Positions 29,900 through 40,330 of a stretch of 49,059 bases of DNA are shown here, piece after piece (the first letter of the stretch is position 1; each line of letters starts with the position of its first letter). Both the position numbers and the translations under genes were made by a program. The DNA is taken from the NCBI GenBank assembly GCA_049517415.1, contig JBEKSC010000021.1, positions 1 to 49,059 on the forward strand, given 5' to 3'. This DNA comes from Candidatus Bathyarchaeia archaeon (GTDB taxonomy: Archaea > Thermoproteota > Bathyarchaeia > 40CM-2-53-6). The notes under the pieces are model-generated. The model was not told the origin of the DNA. It searched no databases and saw only the letters and a program-made list of their open reading frames with translations.

Positions 29900-30796
29900 A
29901 TGACCAGCACTACGGTTCTGAAACAAAGGGGAAGCCTTGATGATATCAAGGAGGACCTGCAACTCTCATGGTACCGTCTGAGGCGAAGCAAGCTCTCCCT
30001 GGCCGGAGTAATTCTGATCGTAGCGGTTTTCTTGATAGTTTTTCCGCTTGCGCCATATGTCACTCCGTACCCTGCAGATGCGGGGCCAGTTGCTCATTTT
30101 GAGATTAGGCTTCAGGGACCGAGTTCTGCGCATTGGCTGGGAACGGATGGTGCTGGGCGAGACGTATTCACCCGATTAATCTTCGGGGGTCGCGTTGCAA
30201 TTGAAGCTGGGCTCATAATTGTGGCCGTTGCTATCAGCATTGGTGTGCCTTTGGGTCTGATAGCCGGTTACTTGGGTGGGTCAATCGACATCCTCATCAT
30301 GAGAATGACCGACATATTCCTCTCTCTACCGGGACTGGCCTTGGCACTGATTGTCGCTGCTTCTTTCACTCCCAGTTTGGTGACAAGTTCTTTGGCGATT
30401 TCGATCGTTTGGTGGCCCTGGTACGTTCGACTTGTTCGCGGTGAAGTCCTTTCCATTAGGGAGGAACAGTTTGTTGAAGCAGCAAGGGCGCTTGGAGCCA
30501 GTAGGATGCGCGTGGCCTTCAAGGAGATCCTCTCGAATCTGGTTCCAGTCTTGACAGTCAAGGGAAGCTTGGACATGGGATATGCAATTCTCTGGGGCGT
30601 TGCTTTGAATTTCCTTGGTTTGGGGGTGCAAGAGCCCACACCTGACTGGGGTCACATGTTGGCTGAGGGACGCATAATCTTACCCGCAGCGTGGTGGATA
30701 TCTGTATTCCCAGGAGTTGCAATGCTTGTGACCGTTCTAGGTTTCAACCTTCTGGGCGATGGATTAAGGGACATGTTCGACGTTAGAATTATCTGA
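29900..30796 (+). CDS. dppC: dipeptide/oligopeptide ABC transporter permease
   Basis: HWLGTDGAGRD, EAARALGAS, FLGLG..PDWG, FNLLGDGLRD. Confidence 0.93.
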   Translation: MTSTTVLKQRGSLDDIKEDLQLSWYRLRRSKLSLAGVILIVAVFLIVFPLAPYVTPYPADAGPVAHFEIRLQGPSSAHWLGTDGAGRDVFTRLIFGGRVAIEAGLIIVAVAISIGVPLGLIAGYLGGSIDILIMRMTDIFLSLPGLALALIVAASFTPSLVTSSLAISIVWWPWYVRLVRGEVLSIREEQFVEAARALGASRMRVAFKEILSNLVPVLTVKGSLDMGYAILWGVALNFLGLGVQEPTPDWGHMLAEGRIILPAAWWISVFPGVAMLVTVLGFNLLGDGLRDMFDVRII

Positions 30797-31015
30797 GGCC
30801 ACTAGAATTGGTCGCGTCTTAATCATAAAGTCATTAGATTCCTTGTCTCCTGTCCCGAAATCATTTCGAATATGAAGCTGAGCTTCTACGGGTGAAACTC
30901 AACGACAGGAAGGTTCGGTGGGCTATCTTCCTAAGATCTTTCTCGTCTCCGCATATACGAAACTAAGTTAATGTTTCACGGCTTAACTGGAATACTAGAA
31001 CCGAGTTTCCTAAGT

Positions 31016-32134
31016 CTAAGTGAGTATTTTTTCAGTCGCTTTTAGCATGTTGATTACGGGAAGGTCGTAGGGGCACTTCTTCTCGCATTCGCCGCATTCT
31101 GTGCAGCTGTTAACTCTGCTTCGCAATTTCGGATACTGTTCTTTGGTCCACTTCTTTACGTTATAGAAGGTGTAATATGTTTCCCATCTTAGAATAGTAG
31201 GTATCTCCACATCATCGGGACATGGCATGCATGCTCCGCATTCTCTGCAGAAAGGTTCAGGGGGTGACTCTCCGAATCTGTAGGCTCTTTCCTCCTCCGG
31301 AGTAAGTCCGTCAAAATCATCTCCTGCCTTCAATGCGTAGTCTACTTCCTCTGTGGAACGAAATCCAGGTATGACCGTATCTATGTCATGGGCTAGTACA
31401 AACCTGAGTGAACGACGAGCTCTATCAATTCCTTCTTTCCCGAAATGAGCAATGAATTCTGATGCGTCAGGCCAATCGCGTTCAGGCTTCCCATAGAATC
31501 GTCCATCCCGCTGAGGATACTCTAAGGGCCGCTCACATCCTCCCACCGCTTTCATGATTACAATCCCTACGTCAAGCTCGTTGGCGAGCGAGATCAGTCC
31601 GTCAGTTGCTGTTCGAGTAACGATGTTCAATGGTACGAGAACGGTGTCAAACTCCTTGGTTGCTATGGCCTTCATTAGAACGTGGGGATTATGGCCGGTT
31701 ATGCCCATGTAATCAATCTGGCCTTGAGCTTTGGCCTCTTTAAGGGCTTGCAACGCTCCGTTTGGTCCTGTGACCTTTTCGAGAACCTCATCGCTATCAA
31801 CGCCGTGAAGTTGAAGGAGGTCTATTCTGTTCGTCTGGAGATTTCTGAGACTCTGTGTGAGTCCGGTTCGGGCTGCGTCTTTCTTCGTTCTCTGGAGAAC
31901 CTTGGTTGCTATTACAACCTCGTCTCTTACGTCTTTAAGGGCTGCTCCTATCTTTTCCTCGCTATCTCCGTAAACTCTCGCTGTATCGAAGTAGTTCACT
32001 CCTCGTTCAAAGGCGTACCTTACGATCTTTTCTGCTTCATTCCTTGAGGCTGATATGATAGGTATGCCTCCGAAACCGATGACAGAAACCTGTAAGCCTG
32101 TTCTTCCGAAACGTCGTTTCTGCGCAAACTTCAC
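31016..32134 (-). CDS. aldo/keto reductase with C-terminal 4Fe-4S dicluster
   Basis: FDTARVYGDSE, IATK, LQLH; CRECGACMPCP and CTECGECEKKCP. Confidence 0.92.
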   Translation of the reverse strand: MKFAQKRRFGRTGLQVSVIGFGGIPIISASRNEAEKIVRYAFERGVNYFDTARVYGDSEEKIGAALKDVRDEVVIATKVLQRTKKDAARTGLTQSLRNLQTNRIDLLQLHGVDSDEVLEKVTGPNGALQALKEAKAQGQIDYMGITGHNPHVLMKAIATKEFDTVLVPLNIVTRTATDGLISLANELDVGIVIMKAVGGCERPLEYPQRDGRFYGKPERDWPDASEFIAHFGKEGIDRARRSLRFVLAHDIDTVIPGFRSTEEVDYALKAGDDFDGLTPEEERAYRFGESPPEPFCRECGACMPCPDDVEIPTILRWETYYTFYNVKKWTKEQYPKLRSRVNSCTECGECEKKCPYDLPVINMLKATEKILT

Positions 32135-32277
32135 CAGGATGTGATCCTTATCCGATCAGTACGTCTTCTTCGGCGAATAATATTTCTGCCTTTTAGCGTT
32201 CACTTCCAGAACCAATTGATCTAGGTAGTGTGAGTAGGCATCGGCGAATCGCCTCATGGAGGCTTAGTTGGATCGAA

Positions 32278-34032
32278 CTACTGAGGCGCAGTTTGTTCCC
32301 TCAGCTTCTTGGTTAGCTCAAGGTCGACCCCAAGAGTCTGCGGGTTAAGCTTAACGCCATAGTGTGTTGCAGCTTGATCGATGGTGATGAGGCGGGTCCT
32401 CACATCTTTCGCGACGAGTTCGGCGTTTCGTTGGTATGGATTGCCCCAGCCGGCTCCTCCCGCAGTGCAAATGCTGACAACGTCTCCTTTCCGCAACTTG
32501 AAATTCGTTAGTCTGCTTACCCTCATAATCTCCTTTCCATCTCGAATCACTGCCAGGTAGTTCAGGGTGCCATTCTCGCCGCCGTCGACGCCCCAGGGAG
32601 GGAACTTTGCTCGATTAACGTCAGTTGTGAGAACTGCATCATCAGTCATTATCCTGTAGTTCTTCACTATACCGAAACCTCCTCGGTGTCTTCCATGGCC
32701 AACTCCATCTTTTACGTTCAGTTCGAACTTTTCTACGAGTATAGGGAATCTGATTTCGAGCACTTCAACTGGATTGGCATAGGTCTCGCCATCGGAGTAA
32801 GACACTAATGCGCTCTCACCGTCCTGATCGAATCCTGCTCCCCACCCTCCGGGGTTCGGCTCAACCAAAACGAAATATTCGTTTGATCTTGGGTCTGTTC
32901 CCGAAATGCTCTCGGAGGCAACTGTTAAGAAATGACCTGCCGACAGTTTGTCAGGCATCTTGAGCGCGAGAGCTTTCCAAACCAGGTCGGCGGCGTAAGC
33001 CATTGTCTCCCAGTAGACTGAGACTGGGCTAGGCCTCTGAGGATTGAATATTGTTCCAATGGGTGCGACTACCTCCAGCGGGCTCAGTAGACCATAGTTG
33101 AAAGGGACATGTGGATTTGTCAAGGCCATGAAGACTACGCTAACTGCTGCGAACGTTCCCGGGTAGGGGTTGTTAATGGGTGCCGGAAGAGCTTTTGAGT
33201 TTCCTGTGAAATCTACCTTGAAACTCTTGTCAGTTATTGTAATCTTGGCTTTCAGTTTCAGAGGATCAGGTGAAACGTAGCTCTCATCCAAGTAATCCTC
33301 AACATAGAAAACTCCTTTTGGAAGGTTTCTCATGGCCGCATTGGCACGAGTCTTTCCCTCTTCGAGGAGATCTTTCATAGCGGTCTTCACAATCTCGGCG
33401 CCATATTTCTTGACCAGCTCTCCAATTCTTCGATTAGCTAGCCGCAAAGCCGCTGCGAGCGCTTCCAAGTCCCCATGCGCATAGTCGGCAGTGCGCGAGT
33501 TTGCACTTATCAATCGAGCTATTGCTTTGTTGGGCTTTCCCTCTTCGTAATACTTCGTAGGCGGAATGAATAGTCCCTCTTGGTAGATGTCTGTTGAAGC
33601 TGGGCTCCAGCTTCCAGGTGTCATGCCTCCCACGTCATACACGTGACCTTTCGCAACGGCCACGGCCAAAATCTCGTCTTTGTGGAAAATGGGCATCGCG
33701 AGACCAATGTCGTTGAGGTGAGTTCCCGTCTCATAGGGGTCGTTTGAAACTATTATGTCACCAGGATAGACAGGTTCTCCCTGTTTCTTCATTCCTTCAA
33801 CTGAGCTTTCGGCAACATACTTGCCTACGGGCGCCCATACAGGCACTCCTATTGCAGCAGCTATCGTGTCATATTTTCCGTCCGTCAAGACTGTGGTAAA
33901 ATCCAGTGTTTCGTAGAAGATCGGGCTTTTTGATGTCCTGATCGATGTCCAGAACATTTCATTTGCTAAGCTATCGAAAGCGTTTTTCACAGTCTCAGCG
34001 GAAAAAATGTCTCTCTTCAAAGGGGGTCTCAA
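32278..34032 (-). CDS. hyuB: hydantoinase B / 5-oxoprolinase subunit
   Basis: NDPYETGTHLND, HVYDVGG..PGS, QEG, PVEVLE, GHGRHRGG, TAGGAGWGNP. Confidence 0.93.
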   Translation of the reverse strand: MRPPLKRDIFSAETVKNAFDSLANEMFWTSIRTSKSPIFYETLDFTTVLTDGKYDTIAAAIGVPVWAPVGKYVAESSVEGMKKQGEPVYPGDIIVSNDPYETGTHLNDIGLAMPIFHKDEILAVAVAKGHVYDVGGMTPGSWSPASTDIYQEGLFIPPTKYYEEGKPNKAIARLISANSRTADYAHGDLEALAAALRLANRRIGELVKKYGAEIVKTAMKDLLEEGKTRANAAMRNLPKGVFYVEDYLDESYVSPDPLKLKAKITITDKSFKVDFTGNSKALPAPINNPYPGTFAAVSVVFMALTNPHVPFNYGLLSPLEVVAPIGTIFNPQRPSPVSVYWETMAYAADLVWKALALKMPDKLSAGHFLTVASESISGTDPRSNEYFVLVEPNPGGWGAGFDQDGESALVSYSDGETYANPVEVLEIRFPILVEKFELNVKDGVGHGRHRGGFGIVKNYRIMTDDAVLTTDVNRAKFPPWGVDGGENGTLNYLAVIRDGKEIMRVSRLTNFKLRKGDVVSICTAGGAGWGNPYQRNAELVAKDVRTRLITIDQAATHYGVKLNPQTLGVDLELTKKLREQTAPQ

Positions 34033-34058
34033 CCGCTCAGTAGGCCCCTAACCGCTTG

Positions 34059-34071
34059 TTTAAGCTTTTAA
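34059..34071. promoter_or_regulatory. back-to-back TATA boxes of the divergent hyuB/hyuA promoter
   Basis: tttaagcttttaa: TTTTAA (+) ends 25 nt before ATG 34097 and TTAAA (-) ends 26 nt before TTG 34032, consistent with leaderless transcripts. Confidence 0.6.
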
Positions 34072-34096
34072 GTCCGTAAAATGCCGTTAGCACCAC

Positions 34097-36178
34097 ATGA
34101 GCTGGAGAGCGGCTATCGACATTGGTGGAGCCTTCACAGATCTTCTAGCCATCAATGACAGGACAGGAGAACAGGTCTGGGTCAAACTGGAATCGACACC
34201 GCCAGACTACTCCAAAGGCGTAGTCGAAGCGCTCGCGAGAAGCCGCTTGGATCTGAAGCGCGTAGATTTTTTGGTTCATGGTCAGACAGTGGTAATTAAC
34301 ACCATAATAACGCGAACTGGTTCGAAAGTGGGTCTGATCGCAACCGAAGGATTCGACGTGCTCGAGATAGGGCGAGCCAACCGCCGAGACCTCTTCAACA
34401 TGAAATACAGAAAGCCAACTCCGTTCGTTCCTCGAGAACTCAAAGTAGGTGTTCTTGAGAGAATCGCAGCTGATCGATCGATTGTTACCCCCTTGAACGA
34501 TGATGGAGTCAGAGTCGCCGCCAAGAGTCTAATCGAAGCAGGAGTGGATGCATTCGCGGTTAGTTTCATCAACAGTTACGCTAACCCAATTCATGAGAAA
34601 CGAGCCGGAGAGCTTTTGCTCGAGCAGCTCAAGAAGGCGGGCAAGAAGCCATTCGTCACGCTATCCCACGAGCTCACACGCGAGTGGCGAGAGTATGAGC
34701 GCACATCCACCACTGTGCTCAACTCTTACGTTCAGCCAGCCTTCGACGACTACGTGAACAAGCTTGAACAGGGTTTCAGTAAGCAAGAGTTTACGGGGAT
34801 CCTATACATAATGCTGGCTAACGCCGGCATGTCGAGAACAGACTTCGCGAAGAAGTATCCCATTTTCACGATAGAAGGGGGACCTGTTGCCGGGGTGGTC
34901 GGCGCTTTAGCAGTTGCTGAGCTTCTGGGCGACAGAAACATCATTGTACTAGACGGAGGCAGTACAACGACCAAGGCCTCTTTGGTCAGAGATCTGCTTC
35001 CAAGAATCACAACAGACTACTACATCGAGAGGGATAGATTCAATCCTGGTCACCCTGTCAGAGTGCCGGTTGTCGATGTTGAAGAAATAGGCAGCGGCGG
35101 GACTAGTATAGCATGGATTGATGACGTAGGAAGCTTGAAAGTTGGACCGAGAGCAGCCGGGGCTTACCCTGGACCTGCCTGTTACGGGAAAGGTGGAAAA
35201 GAGCCGACCTTGACAGATGCATATGTGATAGCGGGATACCTGAACTCAGAGTATTTGCTTGGAGGGGATTTGAGGATTGAGAAGGGCTTGGCTGAGCACG
35301 CCCTTCAGAGTATCGCGAGGCGTTTCAAAGTCACCATTGAAGAAGCGGCTGATTCAATAATCCGGATAGCGAACGACCAGGCTGCTCGTGTAATCCGCCA
35401 AATCTCGGTACAAAAGGGGTACGATCCAAGGGACTTTACTCTCGTAGCTCACGGCGGCTCTGGTCCAATGTTTGCGCCATTCATTGCAAGTGAACTTTCG
35501 ATTCCAAGAGTGGTGGTGCCTGGAGTACCTGCAGGCGTCTTCAATGCATGGGGCATGTTGGCAGCTGATGTTAGGCATGACTTGATCCGCACGAGTATTG
35601 TTAAGGTGGGCGAGCTTAGGGAGACTTGCGACTTCGTGAATAGCACGTATCAAGACTTGGAGTCGCAACTATTGATGATCTTTGCGTCGGAGCACTTGGA
35701 ACGCAGCAGGATCTCAATTGTGAGGTACGCAGACATGCGATATTACGGCCAAGAGCACACAATCAAGGTGGCTCTTCCGTCGCGAAACTACAATCCTCAT
35801 AATATGAGAGAGCTTGAGGGGCGCTTTGTGAAAGCCCACCAAAGGGAGTACGGGTTTGTTCTACCTGGGAACGCCGTCGAACTCGTGACCTTTCATGTCG
35901 TTGGCTTGTCCAAGGTGAAGAAACCCTCTATACGTCCGCTAACAAAGACGGGAAGAAGTGTCAAAAGGGCTTACGTGAGTGAGCGGAGATTATACGTGGG
36001 CTCGGGACGTTTCAGGACCGTACCCGTATACAAGAGGGAACTCCTCCCCCCAGATGCATCTCTTCGAGGACCAACGATCATCGAAGAAAGCACTTCCACA
36101 ATAATTGTAACTGAAGGACTCAGATCAAAACTGGACGGCTACGGTAACGTGATAATAGTACCGAGCAGGAAACGCTAA
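34097..36178 (+). CDS. hyuA: hydantoinase A / 5-oxoprolinase ATP-binding subunit
   Basis: DIGGAFTD, HGQT, REYERTST, GGPVAG, DGGSTTT, GAYPGPACY, DMRYYGQ, GPTIIEE. Confidence 0.94.
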   Translation: MSWRAAIDIGGAFTDLLAINDRTGEQVWVKLESTPPDYSKGVVEALARSRLDLKRVDFLVHGQTVVINTIITRTGSKVGLIATEGFDVLEIGRANRRDLFNMKYRKPTPFVPRELKVGVLERIAADRSIVTPLNDDGVRVAAKSLIEAGVDAFAVSFINSYANPIHEKRAGELLLEQLKKAGKKPFVTLSHELTREWREYERTSTTVLNSYVQPAFDDYVNKLEQGFSKQEFTGILYIMLANAGMSRTDFAKKYPIFTIEGGPVAGVVGALAVAELLGDRNIIVLDGGSTTTKASLVRDLLPRITTDYYIERDRFNPGHPVRVPVVDVEEIGSGGTSIAWIDDVGSLKVGPRAAGAYPGPACYGKGGKEPTLTDAYVIAGYLNSEYLLGGDLRIEKGLAEHALQSIARRFKVTIEEAADSIIRIANDQAARVIRQISVQKGYDPRDFTLVAHGGSGPMFAPFIASELSIPRVVVPGVPAGVFNAWGMLAADVRHDLIRTSIVKVGELRETCDFVNSTYQDLESQLLMIFASEHLERSRISIVRYADMRYYGQEHTIKVALPSRNYNPHNMRELEGRFVKAHQREYGFVLPGNAVELVTFHVVGLSKVKKPSIRPLTKTGRSVKRAYVSERRLYVGSGRFRTVPVYKRELLPPDASLRGPTIIEESTSTIIVTEGLRSKLDGYGNVIIVPSRKR

Positions 36179-36241
36179 AGCTCGCGCTAGAAAGCGGAAT
36201 TGAAAAAAAGAAGATGGGAGCAGTGCTCCCTAACTCGTAGT

Positions 36242-37993
36242 CTAACTCTTAGTTCTATACCAGCCGTTTCTGCGGAAGAGATTCCAGTTTGTAAAGTAGA
36301 AAGGCAGTGGTGTGAATCCTTCTATGTCCGAGCGAATTCCCATTTCGGTGTTGTTCCAAACTGGCCACAGACTAGCCGCGTCGTCAATGATCATTGCCGT
36401 AGCTTTCTGGTAAATTGTGTTCCTTTGACTCGGATCCGTAGCCACTGCTCCTTGCTCAATCAGTGTGTCGACAGCTGGGTTCTTGTAAAATGACATTGTG
36501 TAGTATGTCTTCAGTCCTTGAACTTCCCATGTGGGCGAGTAATACCACGCATGTAGGATGTAGTCAGGGTCAGGGAACGCGATCGAACCCGCTAGATGAC
36601 TCATTGCGATGACGTCCTCAGGCTTCGAACTTGTGATTCCTTCTATGAACGTATTCCAGGGCATTTCCTTGAGGTTCAGCGTGATTCCTATCTCAGCCAG
36701 ATTCTGCTGGAGTAGGATCGACATCAGCCTTCTAACGTCCTGGCCTGTTCCCCAAGTGATATCTATGGTGATGTCTCCAGGTTTGTATCCAGATTGCGCG
36801 AGAAGAGCCTTCGCTTTGTTTATGTCCTGCGTATACATTGTCGCGGATGGATTATATCCTAGCATGCCGGGTGGTATTGGTCCTGGGCTCGGCACCCCAT
36901 GGCCTCCCCAAATGTTCTTGAGGCAACTGTCGTAGTCGAACGCGTAGGAGATGGCTTGCCTGACCAGTTTGTTACTCAGAAACTTGTTCTGGTTGTTCAT
37001 TAGTATCGTGAATGTTCCGGCCAAGTCAGGCCATTCAACAACCGAAACGCCCGGGCTTGTCGCCAACGTATTGAAAGAGTCTTGTCCAAGCCAATATTCG
37101 CACCAGTCGTTTGTGCCGTCCTGGAGCTTTGAAACGATCGTTGCGGATTCGCCGTTGAACTGATAGTCTAATTCATCGAAGTAGTTTGGCCCCCAGCCTT
37201 GCCAACAACCAGGGAATCGTTCGAACACAGTTAGCTCGCCAGCCGTCCTTTGCTTTAATGTATATGGACCGGAGCCCGCATCGTTCGTCTCCAACCAGGC
37301 AGTGCCGTAGTCTCCCTTTGCTCCGTAAGTAGTGGCTTTGGAATTGATGTTCGCTTCGACTAGTGTGGGGTTTACGATAAACAGCAGTGGGAGCACTGAA
37401 AGGAATGGCGCATAGGCCTTCGATAGAGTCACCGTAACCTCGTAATTGCCAGTAACCGCGCTACTGGATACGAATGGACTGATGGTTTGAGCGGTAAGAT
37501 TCGTGTTCATGGCAACCGCTCTATCGATAGAATACTTGACGGCATTCGCGTCCAAAATTGAACCATCGTGGAAGGGCACTCCTTTTCGAATCTCAAATAC
37601 GTACTCCTTACCGTCAGATGATATGGTCCAGCTCTTCGCGATGTTTGGTGCTATCTGCACCCAACTGCCCATTCCAGTTTGTCCCACCATTTGCACTAAA
37701 GGATCATACAGGTTTGAAGTGAATCTAATGGTCGGTTCGTCGTTGGCTTTGTGAGGGTCCATCGAACTTGGGTCAAGAAAAGTTACGTGATTTAGAATCT
37801 GTTTTGCTGCTGCGCTAGTTACAGAACTAGTCACTCCCGGCGATACTGCTTTAGGAGCAGAGGAATATCCGCCCACGCCCCCTGCAACTGCACCGAGTAC
37901 AAGTCCGCCTATTGTACCAGCCACGAATTTCCGACGAGAAACTTTAGTTTCTTCTTCCTTCTTCTTTCGTTCTTCAGCCATACGCCTAAGCAC
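36242..37993 (-). CDS. dppA: family 5 ABC substrate-binding protein (DppA/OppA-like) with Tat-type signal
   Basis: SRRKF followed by a hydrophobic helix; LYDPLV, FHDG, GSGPY, VRQAISYAFD; alternative ATG at 37981. Confidence 0.9.
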   Translation of the reverse strand: MLRRMAEERKKKEEETKVSRRKFVAGTIGGLVLGAVAGGVGGYSSAPKAVSPGVTSSVTSAAAKQILNHVTFLDPSSMDPHKANDEPTIRFTSNLYDPLVQMVGQTGMGSWVQIAPNIAKSWTISSDGKEYVFEIRKGVPFHDGSILDANAVKYSIDRAVAMNTNLTAQTISPFVSSSAVTGNYEVTVTLSKAYAPFLSVLPLLFIVNPTLVEANINSKATTYGAKGDYGTAWLETNDAGSGPYTLKQRTAGELTVFERFPGCWQGWGPNYFDELDYQFNGESATIVSKLQDGTNDWCEYWLGQDSFNTLATSPGVSVVEWPDLAGTFTILMNNQNKFLSNKLVRQAISYAFDYDSCLKNIWGGHGVPSPGPIPPGMLGYNPSATMYTQDINKAKALLAQSGYKPGDITIDITWGTGQDVRRLMSILLQQNLAEIGITLNLKEMPWNTFIEGITSSKPEDVIAMSHLAGSIAFPDPDYILHAWYYSPTWEVQGLKTYYTMSFYKNPAVDTLIEQGAVATDPSQRNTIYQKATAMIIDDAASLWPVWNNTEMGIRSDIEGFTPLPFYFTNWNLFRRNGWYRTKS

Positions 37994-38214
37994 AAAGGTA
38001 TGTTGGAGCTTGCGTGCAGTATTAAAACTTGCGTAATTAGGAATCTTATTAGTATGCCACCCTCCGTGCTACCTGTAAAAGCAATCATTTCCACGTCTTT
38101 TTGGCGCGCCAAAAATCAAGAGGTCGGCAAGCCCAAAGAAAAAGAACGCCAGACATTTCACGTGTACACAGGTGGGCTGTGCAAAGACGGTTTTTGTGGT
38201 CTAGCGGAGCGTTA

Positions 38215-38988
38215 CTAGCTTCTGCGTAGAGGCTTAGTGGGCCTTGCACGAATCCAGATCCCAAGGAGTGCAATGATTATCGAGACTAAGCCAACCGAAG
38301 CTAAGAATTCTGAGTTGACTTGGAATGGGGGGATTTTTTTCGTGCTCATGTATGTATCAGTCGAGGTAGATGTTGTTGCATGTTGGTAAGGTACACTGAC
38401 TGATATCTCGAGGCCGTTTACGACAAAACGCACGTGTGCCTCTGTTGCGTTCATGTTGAACATAAGGATCGAGCAGGGGCATGTGCCGGCCGGTAGGGAT
38501 GCTGTAAAGGAGGCGTACGTTGTATTTTCCCAACCAAACGTCCAGCTCGAAAATGGTGGTGCACAAAATTGGTAGGGCCAGAGAGAAGTATAGTAGAGCC
38601 ACGAGAGTTCTTGGTCCCGTGTCAAGAAGTACAGGTCGACGGGGAGATCCGACCAGTACTGCACGTGTACAGTCTGCTGCAATTCAGGATCACCACCGAT
38701 AAAGGCTATCGGAGGTGAACCTGTCCCTGTGCCGCCAGCTATAACCGGGAACTCACCCCAAGTGCAAGAACGGAACCAAGCAGGTTGACCTCCAACCATG
38801 GTTTGGCTCAGATTGTAGTCGTAAGTCAGGTCGGTGGTGGCGGTGGCAACCGAGGAGGCGGTGGCGACGGCTGTGACTGTGGTTGTAACCGATTTCGTAA
38901 CCACGTTAGCCTTCCCTTGAGCAGAACCAACCAGCCCTGGAATGATCGACAAGAGCAACAGGAGGAAAAACAACTTGTAGAGATGCAT
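38215..38988 (-). CDS. hypothetical exported protein with Thr-rich linkers and C-terminal membrane anchor
   Basis: N-terminal signal-like helix, T/A-rich stretches, terminal hydrophobic helix followed by a basic tail. Confidence 0.7.
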   Translation of the reverse strand: MHLYKLFFLLLLLSIIPGLVGSAQGKANVVTKSVTTTVTAVATASSVATATTDLTYDYNLSQTMVGGQPAWFRSCTWGEFPVIAGGTGTGSPPIAFIGGDPELQQTVHVQYWSDLPVDLYFLTRDQELSWLYYTSLWPYQFCAPPFSSWTFGWENTTYASFTASLPAGTCPCSILMFNMNATEAHVRFVVNGLEISVSVPYQHATTSTSTDTYMSTKKIPPFQVNSEFLASVGLVSIIIALLGIWIRARPTKPLRRS

Positions 38989-39055
38989 GATCCAATATGT
39001 ACAGAAGAAGTTAATGGCCTTTTACCGCATTTCAACAAGGAATGATTTTTCGGCA

Positions 39056-39112
39056 GGCACGACTGTTTTCTTGTCTCTCGCCGATACGACCCGTGAATGC
39101 ATTAACATGCTT
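39056..39112 (+). pseudogene. short remnant homologous to the 18293-19525 gene
   Basis: Translates GTTVFLSLADTTRECINML versus GTTVFMPVADTTREYINML at 18812-18868; exact 19-nt match 39080-39098 = 18836-18854. Confidence 0.75.
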
Positions 39113-39160
39113 CCTTGAGAAACTCAAGAAATCAAGATGACTCTTTCAGGCACTTTTCGA

Positions 39161-40330
39161 TTAGTGGATCTTTCCCGAATTGAGTATGCGATTGGCTGTG
39201 GCAATTCCCGCGCCGGCTTGGAAGTCGTACCCTTGCTGCGTCAGACCACCTTCGATCGCGGCAATCGTTGCCAAAATGTCATTGCGATCGACATTACCCA
39301 TATGCCCAACCCTGAAGACCTTCTGGCTTAGTGGTCCTAGCCCCCCCGCAATCGTGATTCCATACTTGTCTGCAAGCGTCTTGCGGAAGTCAGCATCACG
39401 TACAGCCTCGGGATACTTGACAACGCTTAGAGTGCTTGCAGATGCCTTCTCTTCGCAAAGTAGTCGAAGATTGATGGAGCGCATTGCGTTTCGGAATGAC
39501 GATGCCACCGTAGAATGGCGAAGGAATCTTGCTTCTAGGCCTTCGGATAGAATCATCTTGCAGCTTTCATGAAGCGAGTAGATCATGTTTACTGGGTGAG
39601 TGGCGAAATATTTTGTCGGTTCCGCCATCACCGGCGCCCATCTCTTAAGGTCACCGTAGTACGTTGTCATAAGCGACTTGCGCGTATCCCTTACTTTGAG
39701 AGCCCTTTCGCCGAAGCAAATGATTGCCAAGCCCGGCGGCACTGCAAGGGCCTTCTGTGATCCAGTGAAACATACGTCAATATTCCAGTCATCGACTTGA
39801 ACATTCATGCCGCCTAACGAACAGACGGCGTCCACGATATAGAGCACCTCTTTAGCCCTCGCCACCTTTCCAAGACTCTCGATCGGGTTTGCGGCACCTG
39901 TTGACGTGTCGACGTGAACAGTCAGGAGGCACTTATAGTCCGTTGAGGCAAGTTTGCTGGCAACTTCAGCGGGTTCTGCAGCGGCTCCCCATGGAATTTG
40001 TAGTTTGTCAACAGTGGCACCAAGAGTGGATGCCACATCGGCCAGTCTTTCGGCAAAGTAGCCGTTGCACAAGGCAAGGACCCGATCACCTGGCTCTATA
40101 ACGTTTGCCAGAGCGATTTCGTCGCCAAGAGTCCCAGAGCCAGCTAATGGCAAGATCAGTCCATTCGTTTTGAATATTTTCTTCAGATCACTCAACGTCT
40201 CTGAGAGAATGTTCGCGAAAGCAGGACTTGCGTGGGACAATGTTGGCCGAGCCAATGCGCTGAGCACCGATGGCGCGACGTTGGTTGGGCCAGGAATCAT
40301 CAGTAGATCTCGGTCATTCACGACTTTCAC
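39161..40330 (-). CDS. class V PLP aminotransferase (alanine-glyoxylate / serine-pyruvate type)
   Basis: LLMIPGPT, HVDTSTG, VDAVCS, GSQKAL (PLP lysine), FRVGHMG; start trimmed to GTG 40330 (or 40321). Confidence 0.92.
   Translation of the reverse strand: MKVVNDRDLLMIPGPTNVAPSVLSALARPTLSHASPAFANILSETLSDLKKIFKTNGLILPLAGSGTLGDEIALANVIEPGDRVLALCNGYFAERLADVASTLGATVDKLQIPWGAAAEPAEVASKLASTDYKCLLTVHVDTSTGAANPIESLGKVARAKEVLYIVDAVCSLGGMNVQVDDWNIDVCFTGSQKALAVPPGLAIICFGERALKVRDTRKSLMTTYYGDLKRWAPVMAEPTKYFATHPVNMIYSLHESCKMILSEGLEARFLRHSTVASSFRNAMRSINLRLLCEEKASASTLSVVKYPEAVRDADFRKTLADKYGITIAGGLGPLSQKVFRVGHMGNVDRNDILATIAAIEGGLTQQGYDFQAGAGIATANRILNSGKIH

Noticed and set aside
38830..38890. GGT/GGC triplet-like repeat
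   Set aside because: It encodes the Thr/Ala-rich linker of the minus-strand gene
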